NCBI GenBank assembly: GCA_965662235.1
Contig: CBFIGY010000012.1
Location: 23,113-87,112, forward strand
DNA length: 64,000 nucleotides
Source: an uncultured bacterium
GTDB taxonomy: Bacteria; SAR324; NAC60-12
Direction of reading: 5' to 3'
The first letter of the stretch is position 1. Every line of letters starts with the position of its first letter. A program made the position numbers and the translations under genes. This document shows positions 52,324 to 62,032 of this stretch, in pieces. Below the pieces are notes generated by a model, which was given only the letters and a program-made list of their open reading frames with translations, made no database searches and was not told where the DNA came from.

Positions 52324-53568
52324 TTAGAAGCTGTATCCGGCGCTCAACTGCACCACATTTGCAGAACCGGAGTACTTCCCCGTCAGGTCGGGGTTGCTGT
52401 CTGTTTCACTGGGCAGAAAGGTGCTGTTGACGTACGCAAAGTCCACCAGCAGGTCTCCAGACTTGTAGCCTGCTCCCAAGTAGAGGCTGTTGCGTCCCTT
52501 GCCATCTGGAGTGGTGGGCCCCAGGGTTTTTGCCGGAATGGGGCTGGCCGTCTTGTAGTAGCCACCACGAAGCTTCACGGAGTCCATGAGGCTATAAAAT
52601 CCCCCGACCTTGTAGTCTGTAACGTTGCTCCACTGCTGATCAATGACCGTTTGTCCGGTTCCCGGAAGCCCCTGGTCGTAGTTGATGACAATCTTGTCAT
52701 ACGCCATCCATCCCGAATGCAGCAGTCCAAATTCCACCGCATACGCTCCCGCTTCATAGCCATCTCCTGAGCTGAAGGACTTGAGGGAGGCTCCAAACTC
52801 CAGCAGGTCCGGATACTTCAGGTTGACGCTGAGGTCGCCATCTGGGAACAGAGGAGTGTAGGTCGCAGGCGCCTGAGCTGTGTCAAACTGCGCCTTGCCC
52901 TTGCCCGGAATGGTGAAGCCTGAGTTGTAGGTCACTCCCACAGCCCAGGTTCCCTTGTCATATAGCAAAGAGCCGTTGACGCCCATGGTGTTCCCTTTAC
53001 CACCGAGGGTTGCCGTGAAGCTGTCGGTGCCGTTGTACACCACTTCACGCTCAAGCAGCACCTGGGCGGCAATGAAGTTGATTCCTCCTCCGTAGGAAAA
53101 ATCCCCACTTTGCCGGGCAAAGACGATTGGTTGATTGAGGGTCGCGAGCTTCAGCTTGGTCAGCACGTCTCGGCCGGCCCAGTCTTCAGGCCACTCGATG
53201 GAGGAGTTGAAGGGGAAGTAGATTCCGGTGCCGGCAGCCCAGTCGCCATAGTTGTGCATGAGGTAGAGGTGCGGCACCATCGCGGACGGGTGCGTGGTGT
53301 CTACCGCATTGTTGCCCTCTAGGTCCTCGTAACTGAACTTGGTCTGGTACTGCCCTACACCTCCGTAGAAGTGATTGCCCTTTTCCAGCTTCACCATGGC
53401 AGAGGGGTTCTGTGCCACCAGTCCGGCGTTGTCGAAAAAGGTCAGACCGGTTTGTCCCTGCCCCGTGTAGGAGGCACCGGACTGGCCGGTATGAAAGCCG
53501 GCCGCAAAGGTTGTGGAGGCAAGCGCCGCACAGGAGAATGCGGCGAAGAAGGTACGAATCGCTTTCAT
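52324..53568 (-). CDS. FadL/OmpP1 family outer-membrane long-chain fatty acid transporter
   Basis: Signal peptide then AGF, NPS(A)M hatch motif and C-terminal YSF. Confidence 0.85.
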   Translation of the reverse strand: MKAIRTFFAAFSCAALASTTFAAGFHTGQSGASYTGQGQTGLTFFDNAGLVAQNPSAMVKLEKGNHFYGGVGQYQTKFSYEDLEGNNAVDTTHPSAMVPHLYLMHNYGDWAAGTGIYFPFNSSIEWPEDWAGRDVLTKLKLATLNQPIVFARQSGDFSYGGGINFIAAQVLLEREVVYNGTDSFTATLGGKGNTMGVNGSLLYDKGTWAVGVTYNSGFTIPGKGKAQFDTAQAPATYTPLFPDGDLSVNLKYPDLLEFGASLKSFSSGDGYEAGAYAVEFGLLHSGWMAYDKIVINYDQGLPGTGQTVIDQQWSNVTDYKVGGFYSLMDSVKLRGGYYKTASPIPAKTLGPTTPDGKGRNSLYLGAGYKSGDLLVDFAYVNSTFLPSETDSNPDLTGKYSGSANVVQLSAGYSF

Positions 53569-53584
53569 GTCATTCTCCTCAGGG

Positions 53585-55798
53585 TTAGTTCGAGCAGGTA
53601 AGTGGATCAATGGTTTTGGAAGGATCGGGGATTTTACCTGTTGCCAAGAAGCAGGCAGCCTGCAGCTGTCCCTGCTGGGTGGCAGTGGTCGCCGCGTCCA
53701 GCAAGAATCCATGGCCGGGGGTCCCACCGGTATAGTTGGCGGTTTTCAGGGTCCAGCGCGTCCGTGGGTTGCTGGCGTTGTCTGTTGCCGTGTCCCCATC
53801 TTCAAGGTTGGTCAACCCCATTGCCTGGGCGAGCATTGCGGTGTTGTTGTTGGGAACCACCGAGTCGCCCTGCATTTCCTGCAGGAGGACTTGAGCTGGA
53901 TACGTCCGGTTAGCAGAGGCAAGGGGGTCCACGGAGCCTGAGAAGGTGGCATGGGAGGCTAGGAAATCAACCCCAAGCAGGGTGCTGTTCAGTGCGTAAA
54001 CCCCAGCTTTGGTGCTGAGGTCGTAGCCACGTGACTGGGCAACCGTGTTGCGGACCTGCTCTCCAAATTCGCCATTCAGGATGATGTCACTGAGGTCTCC
54101 TCCTGGAACGTTCAGGACAAACTTACCCGCTGGGTACTGACCCGTTGCGGCAAGGTTGGCTCCAATGATGCCTCCCAGCGAAACGCCAAGGAATTGGATG
54201 GTGCTGGGGTTGGGGGTGAATCCAACAGCGGCTTGCAGCTCTGGGTTGGCTTGCAGCAGAACATTCAGGCGAGTGAGGTCGGCTTGCGTCTGGATCATGT
54301 AACCCACTGTGAGGACGGGGTTGTCCGGTCGCATGAAGAGCCCTCCGGAGTCTCCGTAGCTCTGAGCCAGTGTATTCTCTACCGTCCCATCGGCGTCAGC
54401 ATCCTCATAGGCGCGCTCCCCGTGCCCCCAAATGTCCATAGCAACAGTGGTCATCCCATACCCTGCAAGGGTGTTGGCGATGGCGAAGACGGTGTCCTTG
54501 TTGCTTGTGATGCCGTGCTGATAGATCACGACTCCTGTGGGACTGGCGGGCTTGATGACCCAGACGCCGATTTTCCCTGTCATGCCGGTGACGCTGTTGG
54601 GGCAGTCGCTTCCGGGAGAGGCGGCCCTGTTCTGAAGATCCAAGGCCCACTGGGTGACGCCGGTGACCGAGTCTTCCCCGTTATCGGCAAGAAAGTTCAG
54701 GCAGGGGAAGTACCCTTTGTAAACCGTGTCAATATTGTCCATGGGAACAGTGGCACCACCTGCACTGAAGATGGCTTGTAGGGTCGCCTTCAAATCGGCC
54801 CCAGTCACACTGGTGTTGTCTGTGGAGGGCGCTAACGCCGTTCCTTGGGCATAAGCGCCTAAAGAAGTGGCGCTCTCCCAGACGGGGTCAACCAGAAAGG
54901 CTGTTGTGGAGTTCCCGATATTTCCAGTCATGGCAGTCAAAAGAGAAGCTGCCGCGCTCTGTTCTGCTGAGCTGGCAGGCTCCTCAGTAGTAAACGTGTA
55001 CAGCAGCGCTAGGTCCGTGTACTCACTGATAACGTTGGAAGCTTTCAAGGCCGCGACAATGGTGCCGTTGTACGCGCTACGGACGCCCTCTAGGGCTGTG
55101 GCGCTGGCCAGTCCTCCATCGCTCTCTGCTTTGTATTTTTCGCGGATGAGGGTGTTGACGATCTTGCCGTTCTCCACAATTTTATTCGGCCCCATCAGCA
55201 GATCACCGAGGATGTCCGCCTCAAGATCGTCTCCGTTGGCATCTCCAAGAGCCTTCTTGACGGCAACGATGTAGGTTTTGTTGTCCGTGAACGTACTGCC
55301 TCCCGGTACCAGAACCAGGTCACCATTGGAGTCCTGATAAACGGATTTGAAGGTGCCTCCGGTTACAGCAGTTCCTGCAAAGTCATGCGTGGGCAAAGGA
55401 CTAACCACAGCACTGGGATTATCTTCGGGAAAGATGAGAATGTTTTGCGCATACAGGAGGCTGACGGTCGAGTCAAGGCTCCCGTTATCTGAGTAGAGGT
55501 TGGGAAGGGCACCGCTGAAGGGGATGCGTAGGGGCATGGTCTTGGCGGTTCCTGTCAAGGTCGAGGCCCCAGCGCTGCGGAGCGTGCTGTTGACGGAGCT
55601 CAAAATGATGTCGTTGGGTTGTGGAACCCGTCCGGCGTCTGTGCTGAACTGCGCAATGGTCGCCGTTGCGGCCTCTTCGCCTGCTGTGATGGAAGGGGTG
55701 GGGTCGGAGCTGGCCGAGTCCAGAATCTGATCGGCGCATCCTCCCAAACCCAGCAGAAGGATCAGAAAAAAATAAATTTGCCAATAGTGGTGCTTCAT
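53585..55798 (-). CDS. Lipoprotein lipase/phospholipase, Pla-1/Cef/VolA-like
   Basis: Lipobox LGGC; PQPND N-terminal motif; QHGIT, GHGER, GVSLG, GDSVVPN and HGFLL. Confidence 0.75.
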   Translation of the reverse strand: MKHHYWQIYFFLILLLGLGGCADQILDSASSDPTPSITAGEEAATATIAQFSTDAGRVPQPNDIILSSVNSTLRSAGASTLTGTAKTMPLRIPFSGALPNLYSDNGSLDSTVSLLYAQNILIFPEDNPSAVVSPLPTHDFAGTAVTGGTFKSVYQDSNGDLVLVPGGSTFTDNKTYIVAVKKALGDANGDDLEADILGDLLMGPNKIVENGKIVNTLIREKYKAESDGGLASATALEGVRSAYNGTIVAALKASNVISEYTDLALLYTFTTEEPASSAEQSAAASLLTAMTGNIGNSTTAFLVDPVWESATSLGAYAQGTALAPSTDNTSVTGADLKATLQAIFSAGGATVPMDNIDTVYKGYFPCLNFLADNGEDSVTGVTQWALDLQNRAASPGSDCPNSVTGMTGKIGVWVIKPASPTGVVIYQHGITSNKDTVFAIANTLAGYGMTTVAMDIWGHGERAYEDADADGTVENTLAQSYGDSGGLFMRPDNPVLTVGYMIQTQADLTRLNVLLQANPELQAAVGFTPNPSTIQFLGVSLGGIIGANLAATGQYPAGKFVLNVPGGDLSDIILNGEFGEQVRNTVAQSRGYDLSTKAGVYALNSTLLGVDFLASHATFSGSVDPLASANRTYPAQVLLQEMQGDSVVPNNNTAMLAQAMGLTNLEDGDTATDNASNPRTRWTLKTANYTGGTPGHGFLLDAATTATQQGQLQAACFLATGKIPDPSKTIDPLTCSN

Positions 55799-55961
55799 AG
55801 GAGACCTCCTTGAAAGAATATCGGACAAGCCCTTGCGCCTCCGGCGGGGGCAAGGTTTGCGGGAATGGTCTTTCAATGCTGAGTGCATTGAGGGGGCTTG
55901 TCAATCGCTTTTTACCAGCCCTGAGCAGGCCGTGTGGGAGCAATGGAGCGACGGGAGCGCT

Positions 55962-56765
55962 TCAGAGGGAAGAGGGGGACGAGGACGGGGCTGCAGGAAG
56001 CTGCTTCCGGATCCAGTGGTGCCACGCGTCGAGTCCCTCTCCAGTTCGGGCAGAGACGCGGAAGAAGGTCAGGTCTGGGTTGACCTGCCGGGCAAAGGCT
56101 TCGCACTGGTCTGGGTCAAAATCGACATACGGGAGGAGGTCGATCTTGTTCAGCAGCATCACCGAGGCAGCCTGAAACATGTGAGGGTACTTCAGGGGTT
56201 TGTCTTCCCCCTCTGTGACCGAGAGGATGGCAACCTTTGCGGCCTCTCCTAGGTCGAACAGGGCTGGACAGACAAGGTTCCCAACGTTTTCAATGAAGAG
56301 GACTGTGCCCGGATCCAGGCCCAGCTGCTCCACGCCTTGCCACACCATCTGGGCCTCCAGGTGGCATCCGGTACCGGTGTTGACCTGAACCGCGGGGCAT
56401 CCGGTACGGTGAATGCGTTCGGCATCATGCTGCGTGGCTTGGTCGCCTTCAATCACCGCCAAGGGGAATTCTGGCTGGAGCGTCCGGAGGGTGGTCTCGA
56501 GCAGAGCGGTCTTTCCTGAGCCAGGAGAGCTGACCAGATTCAGGGCAAGGATGCGCTGTTCCGCAAACCAGTTGCGGTTCTTGAGCGCAAGCTGGGCGTT
56601 GTAGGCAAGCAGGTTCTCTTCAAGGTGCAGGACGTCAGGTGGAGCCGCGGGCGCTGGCGCCTTGGCCGGAACCGACGGGGTGATTTGCGAAACAGGGCCC
56701 AACTTTTGAGGAAGGTGGGTCAGCGTGACAACGGCTCCCTCGGAGCAGCCACAGGTGGTACACAT
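55962..56765 (-). CDS. hypB: Hydrogenase nickel incorporation GTPase HypB
   Basis: [28 protein letters not shown] and [10 protein letters not shown]. Confidence 0.96.
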   Translation of the reverse strand: MCTTCGCSEGAVVTLTHLPQKLGPVSQITPSVPAKAPAPAAPPDVLHLEENLLAYNAQLALKNRNWFAEQRILALNLVSSPGSGKTALLETTLRTLQPEFPLAVIEGDQATQHDAERIHRTGCPAVQVNTGTGCHLEAQMVWQGVEQLGLDPGTVLFIENVGNLVCPALFDLGEAAKVAILSVTEGEDKPLKYPHMFQAASVMLLNKIDLLPYVDFDPDQCEAFARQVNPDLTFFRVSARTGEGLDAWHHWIRKQLPAAPSSSPSSL

Positions 56766-57094
56766 CAGCGCAACTCGATTTCCTGAAGAAACAGTTCGGT
56801 GCCAGACGCGACAGAGGTCCGAAAGGAGCCGCAGGCACAGGGTTCATAAAGCGTGGAGGCCGGAAACGTGGCCCCGCAGTCGAGGCACTTCAACTGCCCC
56901 GGAGGCTCCTCAATGTCTAGGTGAGCGCCTTCGAGCACGGTGCCATCGGTGCAGGGAGCAAAGCAGAAGCGGACCGCCTCTGCCATCACCCCACTCAGTT
57001 GCCCAATTTGCAGCTTCACCCGGACAACGGACCGCCCTGCAGCGTGGGCCACGGCAGAGGCCACCAACTGTTCGGTGATTGCCAGCTCGTGCAT
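56765..57094 (-). CDS. hypA: Hydrogenase nickel metallochaperone HypA
   Basis: MHELAI start, CLDC and CACGS. Confidence 0.94.
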   Translation of the reverse strand: MHELAITEQLVASAVAHAAGRSVVRVKLQIGQLSGVMAEAVRFCFAPCTDGTVLEGAHLDIEEPPGQLKCLDCGATFPASTLYEPCACGSFRTSVASGTELFLQEIELR

Positions 57095-57098
57095 GCTG

Positions 57099-58112
57099 TC
57101 AGCAGATCCGGGGAAGCTGATCGCCGTGGAGGACGTCCAGCATCCGTTCGGCGCCGTAAGGCGTCTCCAGCACCACGGTGTTCCGGGGGGTTGCTTCCAC
57201 CTGTCCAACGACACAGGCCTGAGCCCCTTCCGGGCAACGTCGCATCGCGTCCAGCACCACCGAGGCAGCGGCTTCCGGAACAACGGCCACAAGGAGGCCT
57301 TCGTTGGCAAGGTACAGTGGGTCCAGTCCCAGCAGTTCGCACACGCCCTGGACGGTCTCCCGGATGGGCAGGCGGTCTTCCTGAAGCCGGAGGCAGACGC
57401 CGGAATCACGGGCAAATTCATTGAGAACGGTAGCGACGCCGCCACGGGTGGCATCCCTCAGGCAGTGCACGTCCGGAGAGGCTGCAAGCATCGCCTGCAC
57501 CAGACGATGCAGGGGCTGACAGTCACTCTGAACCGGAACCTCCAGATGCAGCTCGCCCCGGGCGTCCACAATGGCAGCGCCGTGGTCACCGATGAAGCCG
57601 CTAACGAGGATCACGTCTCCCGGCTGAGCCTGGTAGGACGCAATGGTGCAGCTGGCAGGCACCAGGCCAATCCCGGAGGTGTTGAGGAACAGCCGATCTG
57701 CTGCGCCCCGTTCCACGACCTTTGTGTCCCCGGTCACAATGGGAACGCCGGCCTGAGCCGCCGCGTGGGCCATCGACTGCACCACCTGCTCGAGAACCTC
57801 CAACTCCAGTCCTTCCTCCAGAATCAGCGCACAGCTCAGCGCCAGTGGCAGAGCGCCTCCCACGGCGAGGTCGTTGATGGTGCCATTGACCGCTAAGGTG
57901 CCGATGGTGCCACCGGGAAAGAAGAGCGGGTTGACGACAAAGCTGTCAGTGGTGAAGGCGACCCGATGCCCGGGAGGAACGGTCAGCTGCGCCTGATCCT
58001 GAAGTCCGTGAGCGTCCGGGCGCCCGAAGGCTTCCAGCAGCACCTGATCGATCAGCTCCTGGGTGGCGCGTCCGCCACTTCCGTGTGCGAGGGTGATGGT
58101 GGAGCGCTTCAT
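57099..58112 (-). CDS. hypE: Hydrogenase maturation protein HypE
   Basis: AHGSGG, TDSFVV, GDTKVV, RDATRGG and C-terminal PRIC. Confidence 0.97.
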   Translation of the reverse strand: MKRSTITLAHGSGGRATQELIDQVLLEAFGRPDAHGLQDQAQLTVPPGHRVAFTTDSFVVNPLFFPGGTIGTLAVNGTINDLAVGGALPLALSCALILEEGLELEVLEQVVQSMAHAAAQAGVPIVTGDTKVVERGAADRLFLNTSGIGLVPASCTIASYQAQPGDVILVSGFIGDHGAAIVDARGELHLEVPVQSDCQPLHRLVQAMLAASPDVHCLRDATRGGVATVLNEFARDSGVCLRLQEDRLPIRETVQGVCELLGLDPLYLANEGLLVAVVPEAAASVVLDAMRRCPEGAQACVVGQVEATPRNTVVLETPYGAERMLDVLHGDQLPRIC

Positions 58113-59245
58113 GACGGCACAGCGGTGTGAGCTTGCTGGCGGGAACGGTAGCGGTAGTAGGCGGCACAGGCGCCTTCTGAGGAAACCATCAGGGCACCCA
58201 GTGGTTGCTCTGGGGTGCAGCGGGTGCCAAACATGCGGCACTGGGCTGGCTTCAGGTGCCCCCGGAGGACGTCTCCACACTGGCAGCCTTCCAGCTCGGA
58301 GCCGGGTTCAGTGGTGACGGAAAAGCGCTGTTCCGCGTCAAAAGCAGCAAAGGCCGGACGCAGCTGCACCCCGGAATTCGGGATGGTGCCCAGTCCCCGC
58401 CAGGCACAGGATTCCTTCAGCTCAAACACCTGTTCCACGGCACGCTGTGCGGCAGGATTGCCGGCTTCTGGAACCACGCGCCGGTACTGGTTTTCCACGG
58501 CGCACCGCTGTTCCTGCAGCTGCTGGAGGAGCATCCAAATGGACTGGAGGACGTCCAACGGCTCAAACCCGGAAACCACCAGCGGCTTGTGGAATTCTTC
58601 AGCAATGAAGGCATAGGGCGCCAGCCCAATGATCATGCTGACGTGTCCGGGACCAATGAAGGCGTCAATGCGCTGGTCGGGATCCTCGAGCACGGCCCGC
58701 AGGGTTGCTGGAATGGTGATGTGCTGGCAGAGGATGGAAAAGTTGCGCACCTCCTCCTGAGCCGCCTGCAGCACGGTCAGAGCGGTGCTGGGCATGGTGG
58801 TCTCAAAACCGAGCGCAAAGAAAACGACCTCTTGGTCCGGATGCTGGCGAGCGAGGCGGAGGGCGTCTTCCGGAGAGTACACGATGCGGACGTCGGCCCC
58901 TTCTGCTTTGGCCTGGAGGAGGCTTTTCTGAGAGCCCGGAACCCGGAGGGCGTCTCCGAAGGTGGCCAGAATCACCGACGGCTGCTCCGCTAACGCTACG
59001 GCCGCATCAACACGCTCTAGGGGGAGCACACACACCGGACATCCCGGACCATGAATGAGCTCAACGCCTTCCGGAAGCAACTGATCGAGGCCAAACTTGA
59101 AGATGGTGTGCGTGTGACCGCCGCAGACCTCCATCAACCGGATGGGCGCCTGGGCGGAGGCTCCCAGTTGCTGAACCTGCTCCTGGATGCGCTGCCGCAG
59201 GGTTCGGACTTTTTCAGGGTCGCGAAATTCGGTGACAAACTGCAT
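58109..59245 (-). CDS. hypD: Hydrogenase maturation protein HypD
   Basis: MEVCGGHTH, GPGCPVC, GFETT, PGHVS and SSEGACAA. Confidence 0.97.
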   Translation of the reverse strand: MQFVTEFRDPEKVRTLRQRIQEQVQQLGASAQAPIRLMEVCGGHTHTIFKFGLDQLLPEGVELIHGPGCPVCVLPLERVDAAVALAEQPSVILATFGDALRVPGSQKSLLQAKAEGADVRIVYSPEDALRLARQHPDQEVVFFALGFETTMPSTALTVLQAAQEEVRNFSILCQHITIPATLRAVLEDPDQRIDAFIGPGHVSMIIGLAPYAFIAEEFHKPLVVSGFEPLDVLQSIWMLLQQLQEQRCAVENQYRRVVPEAGNPAAQRAVEQVFELKESCAWRGLGTIPNSGVQLRPAFAAFDAEQRFSVTTEPGSELEGCQCGDVLRGHLKPAQCRMFGTRCTPEQPLGALMVSSEGACAAYYRYRSRQQAHTAVPS

Positions 59246-59246
59246 G

Positions 59247-59522
59247 TTATCCTGCGGAAGCTGCCGTGTCGGCGTGTTCAGCCAATTCTCCCAAGGCGCT
59301 GAGGAGCTTCAGGGTCTGGTAGGCCTCGTCTTCATCAATGCGGCTGAGGGCAAAGCCCACGTGCACGAGCACCCAAGTGCCAACCGCGGCCTCCATTTCA
59401 GCAGCGTCTTCCACCACACAGGCTAGGTTGACGACCCGTTGGACTCCACCAACGTTGACAGTGGCTTGTCGCCGTTCGGCATCATCCACCGCGATGACCT
59501 GTCCAGGAATTCCTAAACACAT
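59247..59522 (-). CDS. hypC: Hydrogenase maturation chaperone HypC
   Basis: MCLGIPG and WVLVHVGFA. Confidence 0.96.
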   Translation of the reverse strand: MCLGIPGQVIAVDDAERRQATVNVGGVQRVVNLACVVEDAAEMEAAVGTWVLVHVGFALSRIDEDEAYQTLKLLSALGELAEHADTAASAG

Positions 59523-59535
59523 AAGGCTTCTGTTT

Positions 59536-61869
59536 CTAAGAAGAAAGGGAAAGGGAGTCAAGGGTCCGTGCCGCTGCAATGAGCGCTTGTCCCAGCGCAA
59601 GGCCCCCATCATGGGCGGGAACCTGCTGAGGACGGAGGACCTGAAAGCCGGCTTGCTGCAGCTGCGTTTCCAGCAGAGTCAACAGCCTCTTATTTTGGAA
59701 CACCCCGCCCGCCAGTGCAACCGTATTGGTACGGATAGACGGGTGACTTTGCTGTGCCTGCTGCAGTCCCTCGACAAGGGCCTGGGCCAGTCCCCGGTGG
59801 AAGCCGGTGGCCAGCTGAGGCAGCGGTGCCTTTTGCTGAAGGTCCCGGAGCAGTGCCTTCCAGAAGGGACGTGGGTTGAGCTCCAGCAGTCCGGAAGCGG
59901 ACTCGAGTTCCCAGGCAAAGGGGTAGGTGTGCGGAAGCGTCAGGTCCACCTGAGCCTCCAGCAGCAGGGCGGCCTGTCCTTCAAAGGTGATCTGTTCTGG
60001 ACCCAACCCCAGCGCGCCGGCAACGGCGTCAAACAGGCGTCCTCCGGAGCTGGAGCGCGGGCTTTGAGACGCAAGGGCCTGCAGGGTGGGCCAGGGCTTC
60101 TGCTGCAGCCTCCGGGTGAGGGGAAGGTCCGGGAACTCCTGAAAGAGCACTTCCAGCCCAAGGCTCTGGTCGAGGTGGGCCACGGTGTTGCGCCACGGTT
60201 CCCGCATCGCTTGGTTGCCCCCGAGGAGAGGAATCGGCTTCAGGCGCCCGATCCGCTCAAACTGCTGGTAGTTTCCATAAAAGAGTTCTCCGCCCCAGAA
60301 GGTCCCGTCGTCTCCGAGTCCCAGCCCATCCAGCAGCCATCCCCAGACCGGAGGGGCATCACGTGGAACCTGGTGTTCGCCAAGGCAGGCCGCAAGGTGG
60401 GCGTGGTGGTGCTGCACCTGCAGGAGCGGCACCGTGTGTTCACGGGCCCAGTTTTCCCCAAAACGGGTTGATGCGTAATCAGGATGCTGGTCGGTGACCA
60501 CCCGTTCGGGGCGCGTGTCGTACATTTCCAAAAAGCGCTGAATGAGGTTCTGGTAGGCCTGATGGGTCCGGAACTCATGCAGGTCCCCCAGATGGGGCGA
60601 GAGCACGGCCTGCCCGCCTTGGAGGAGGCAGAAGGTGTTTTTCAGGTCAGCGCCACAGGCGAGTAGGGGCGGTGCCTCAGTGAAGCCGGGGGGCAGTGGA
60701 AAGGCCTCTGGAGCAAAACCACGAGCGCGGCGCAGCATCTGAGGTCCTGAGGGCAGCACCCGGAGCACAGAGTCATCGCAGCGGTTGACGATGGGGCGGG
60801 TGTGTCCCAGAAGCGCGTCGGCAACGTGTCCCAGCTGCGTCCGGACCTCTTCTTCCTCAAGGCACTGCGGGGCGCCGGGTGGGTTGGCGGAGGTGAGCAC
60901 CAGCACCTCTGGTCCTTGCGCAAAGAGGAGGTGATGCAGTGGCGTGTACGGAAGCATCCACCCCAGCGTGGTGTGTCCGGGAGCCAGCGAGTCCGGAAGT
61001 GAAGCATCAGGCCGCCGATCCAGAAGAACAATGGGCGCCGCAGGATGCCGGAGCCACGCCTGTGCTGCTGGCGGAGCGAGGCTGAATTTTTGGAGCGTGG
61101 CGAGGTCCTTGGCCATCAGTGCAAACGGCTTGTCCGGACGGTGCTTGCGGGTCCGGAGGCGGTCCACGACCTCCGGTTGCTGTGCGTCACAGGCGAGGTG
61201 GAAGCCGCCCAGGCCCTTCACGGCAACAATATGGCCCTGACGCAGCAACTGCGCTGCCGCGGTGAGAGGATCTTCCGGAAGCACCAGCGCGGGCGGGTTC
61301 CAGACCTCTAGGTGCACCGTCGGTCCACACTCTGGACACGCGATGGGCTGCGCATGAAAACGCCGGTCGGCGGGGTTGGCGTATTCCGTTGCACAGGTGC
61401 CACAGAGCGGAAACGCTGCCATGCTGGTCCGGGAGCGGTCGTAAGGGACGGCGTGGAGAATGGTGTAGCGGGGGCCGCACTGTGTGCAGTTTGTGAGGGC
61501 ATACCGAAAGCGCCGGTCCTGCGCATTCTGCAGTTCCTGCTGGCAGTCTGCACAGGTGGCCAGATCGGGCAGCACCTGCGGACCCGTGCCCCTGAGCGCG
61601 CTGGCTGCAATGGTGAACGCCTCCGGAGGCTCCCCGCACAGGGGCTCCGACGTCCAGGACTCCAGCTGAGCGACTGACGGCAGCTCGGCAAGGAGTTCAT
61701 GCGGAAAGGCTTCAAGGACGCTGGGGCTTCCCCACAGTTCCACCGTGGCTCCGGCGCGATCGTTGTACACGCGTCCTGTCAGGCGGTGGTGCTGTGCCAC
61801 TCGCCAGACGCTGGGACGGAATCCCACCCCCTGAACGCGTCCACGAAAGTGAAACCGGCGACCGAGCAT
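59536..61869 (-). CDS. hypF: Carbamoyltransferase HypF
   Basis: GRVQGVGFRP, two Zn fingers, KGLGGFHL, QHHHAH and HDGGLALGQ. Confidence 0.97.
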   Translation of the reverse strand: MLGRRFHFRGRVQGVGFRPSVWRVAQHHRLTGRVYNDRAGATVELWGSPSVLEAFPHELLAELPSVAQLESWTSEPLCGEPPEAFTIAASALRGTGPQVLPDLATCADCQQELQNAQDRRFRYALTNCTQCGPRYTILHAVPYDRSRTSMAAFPLCGTCATEYANPADRRFHAQPIACPECGPTVHLEVWNPPALVLPEDPLTAAAQLLRQGHIVAVKGLGGFHLACDAQQPEVVDRLRTRKHRPDKPFALMAKDLATLQKFSLAPPAAQAWLRHPAAPIVLLDRRPDASLPDSLAPGHTTLGWMLPYTPLHHLLFAQGPEVLVLTSANPPGAPQCLEEEEVRTQLGHVADALLGHTRPIVNRCDDSVLRVLPSGPQMLRRARGFAPEAFPLPPGFTEAPPLLACGADLKNTFCLLQGGQAVLSPHLGDLHEFRTHQAYQNLIQRFLEMYDTRPERVVTDQHPDYASTRFGENWAREHTVPLLQVQHHHAHLAACLGEHQVPRDAPPVWGWLLDGLGLGDDGTFWGGELFYGNYQQFERIGRLKPIPLLGGNQAMREPWRNTVAHLDQSLGLEVLFQEFPDLPLTRRLQQKPWPTLQALASQSPRSSSGGRLFDAVAGALGLGPEQITFEGQAALLLEAQVDLTLPHTYPFAWELESASGLLELNPRPFWKALLRDLQQKAPLPQLATGFHRGLAQALVEGLQQAQQSHPSIRTNTVALAGGVFQNKRLLTLLETQLQQAGFQVLRPQQVPAHDGGLALGQALIAAARTLDSLSLSS

Positions 61870-62032
61870 GCTCCTCTTTGCAGGAAAATTCGGAAAAGCC
61901 TTACCCTAAGCGAAGACGTCCGGAGGTGCAACGCGAACCGGCGCCTGAACCCAACTGGCTTGCAAGTTCCGGTCACTCCGGGAACTGTATCGTTTGCCGG
62001 CCCAACTCCGAATCTTCTAACATCATCACCCT

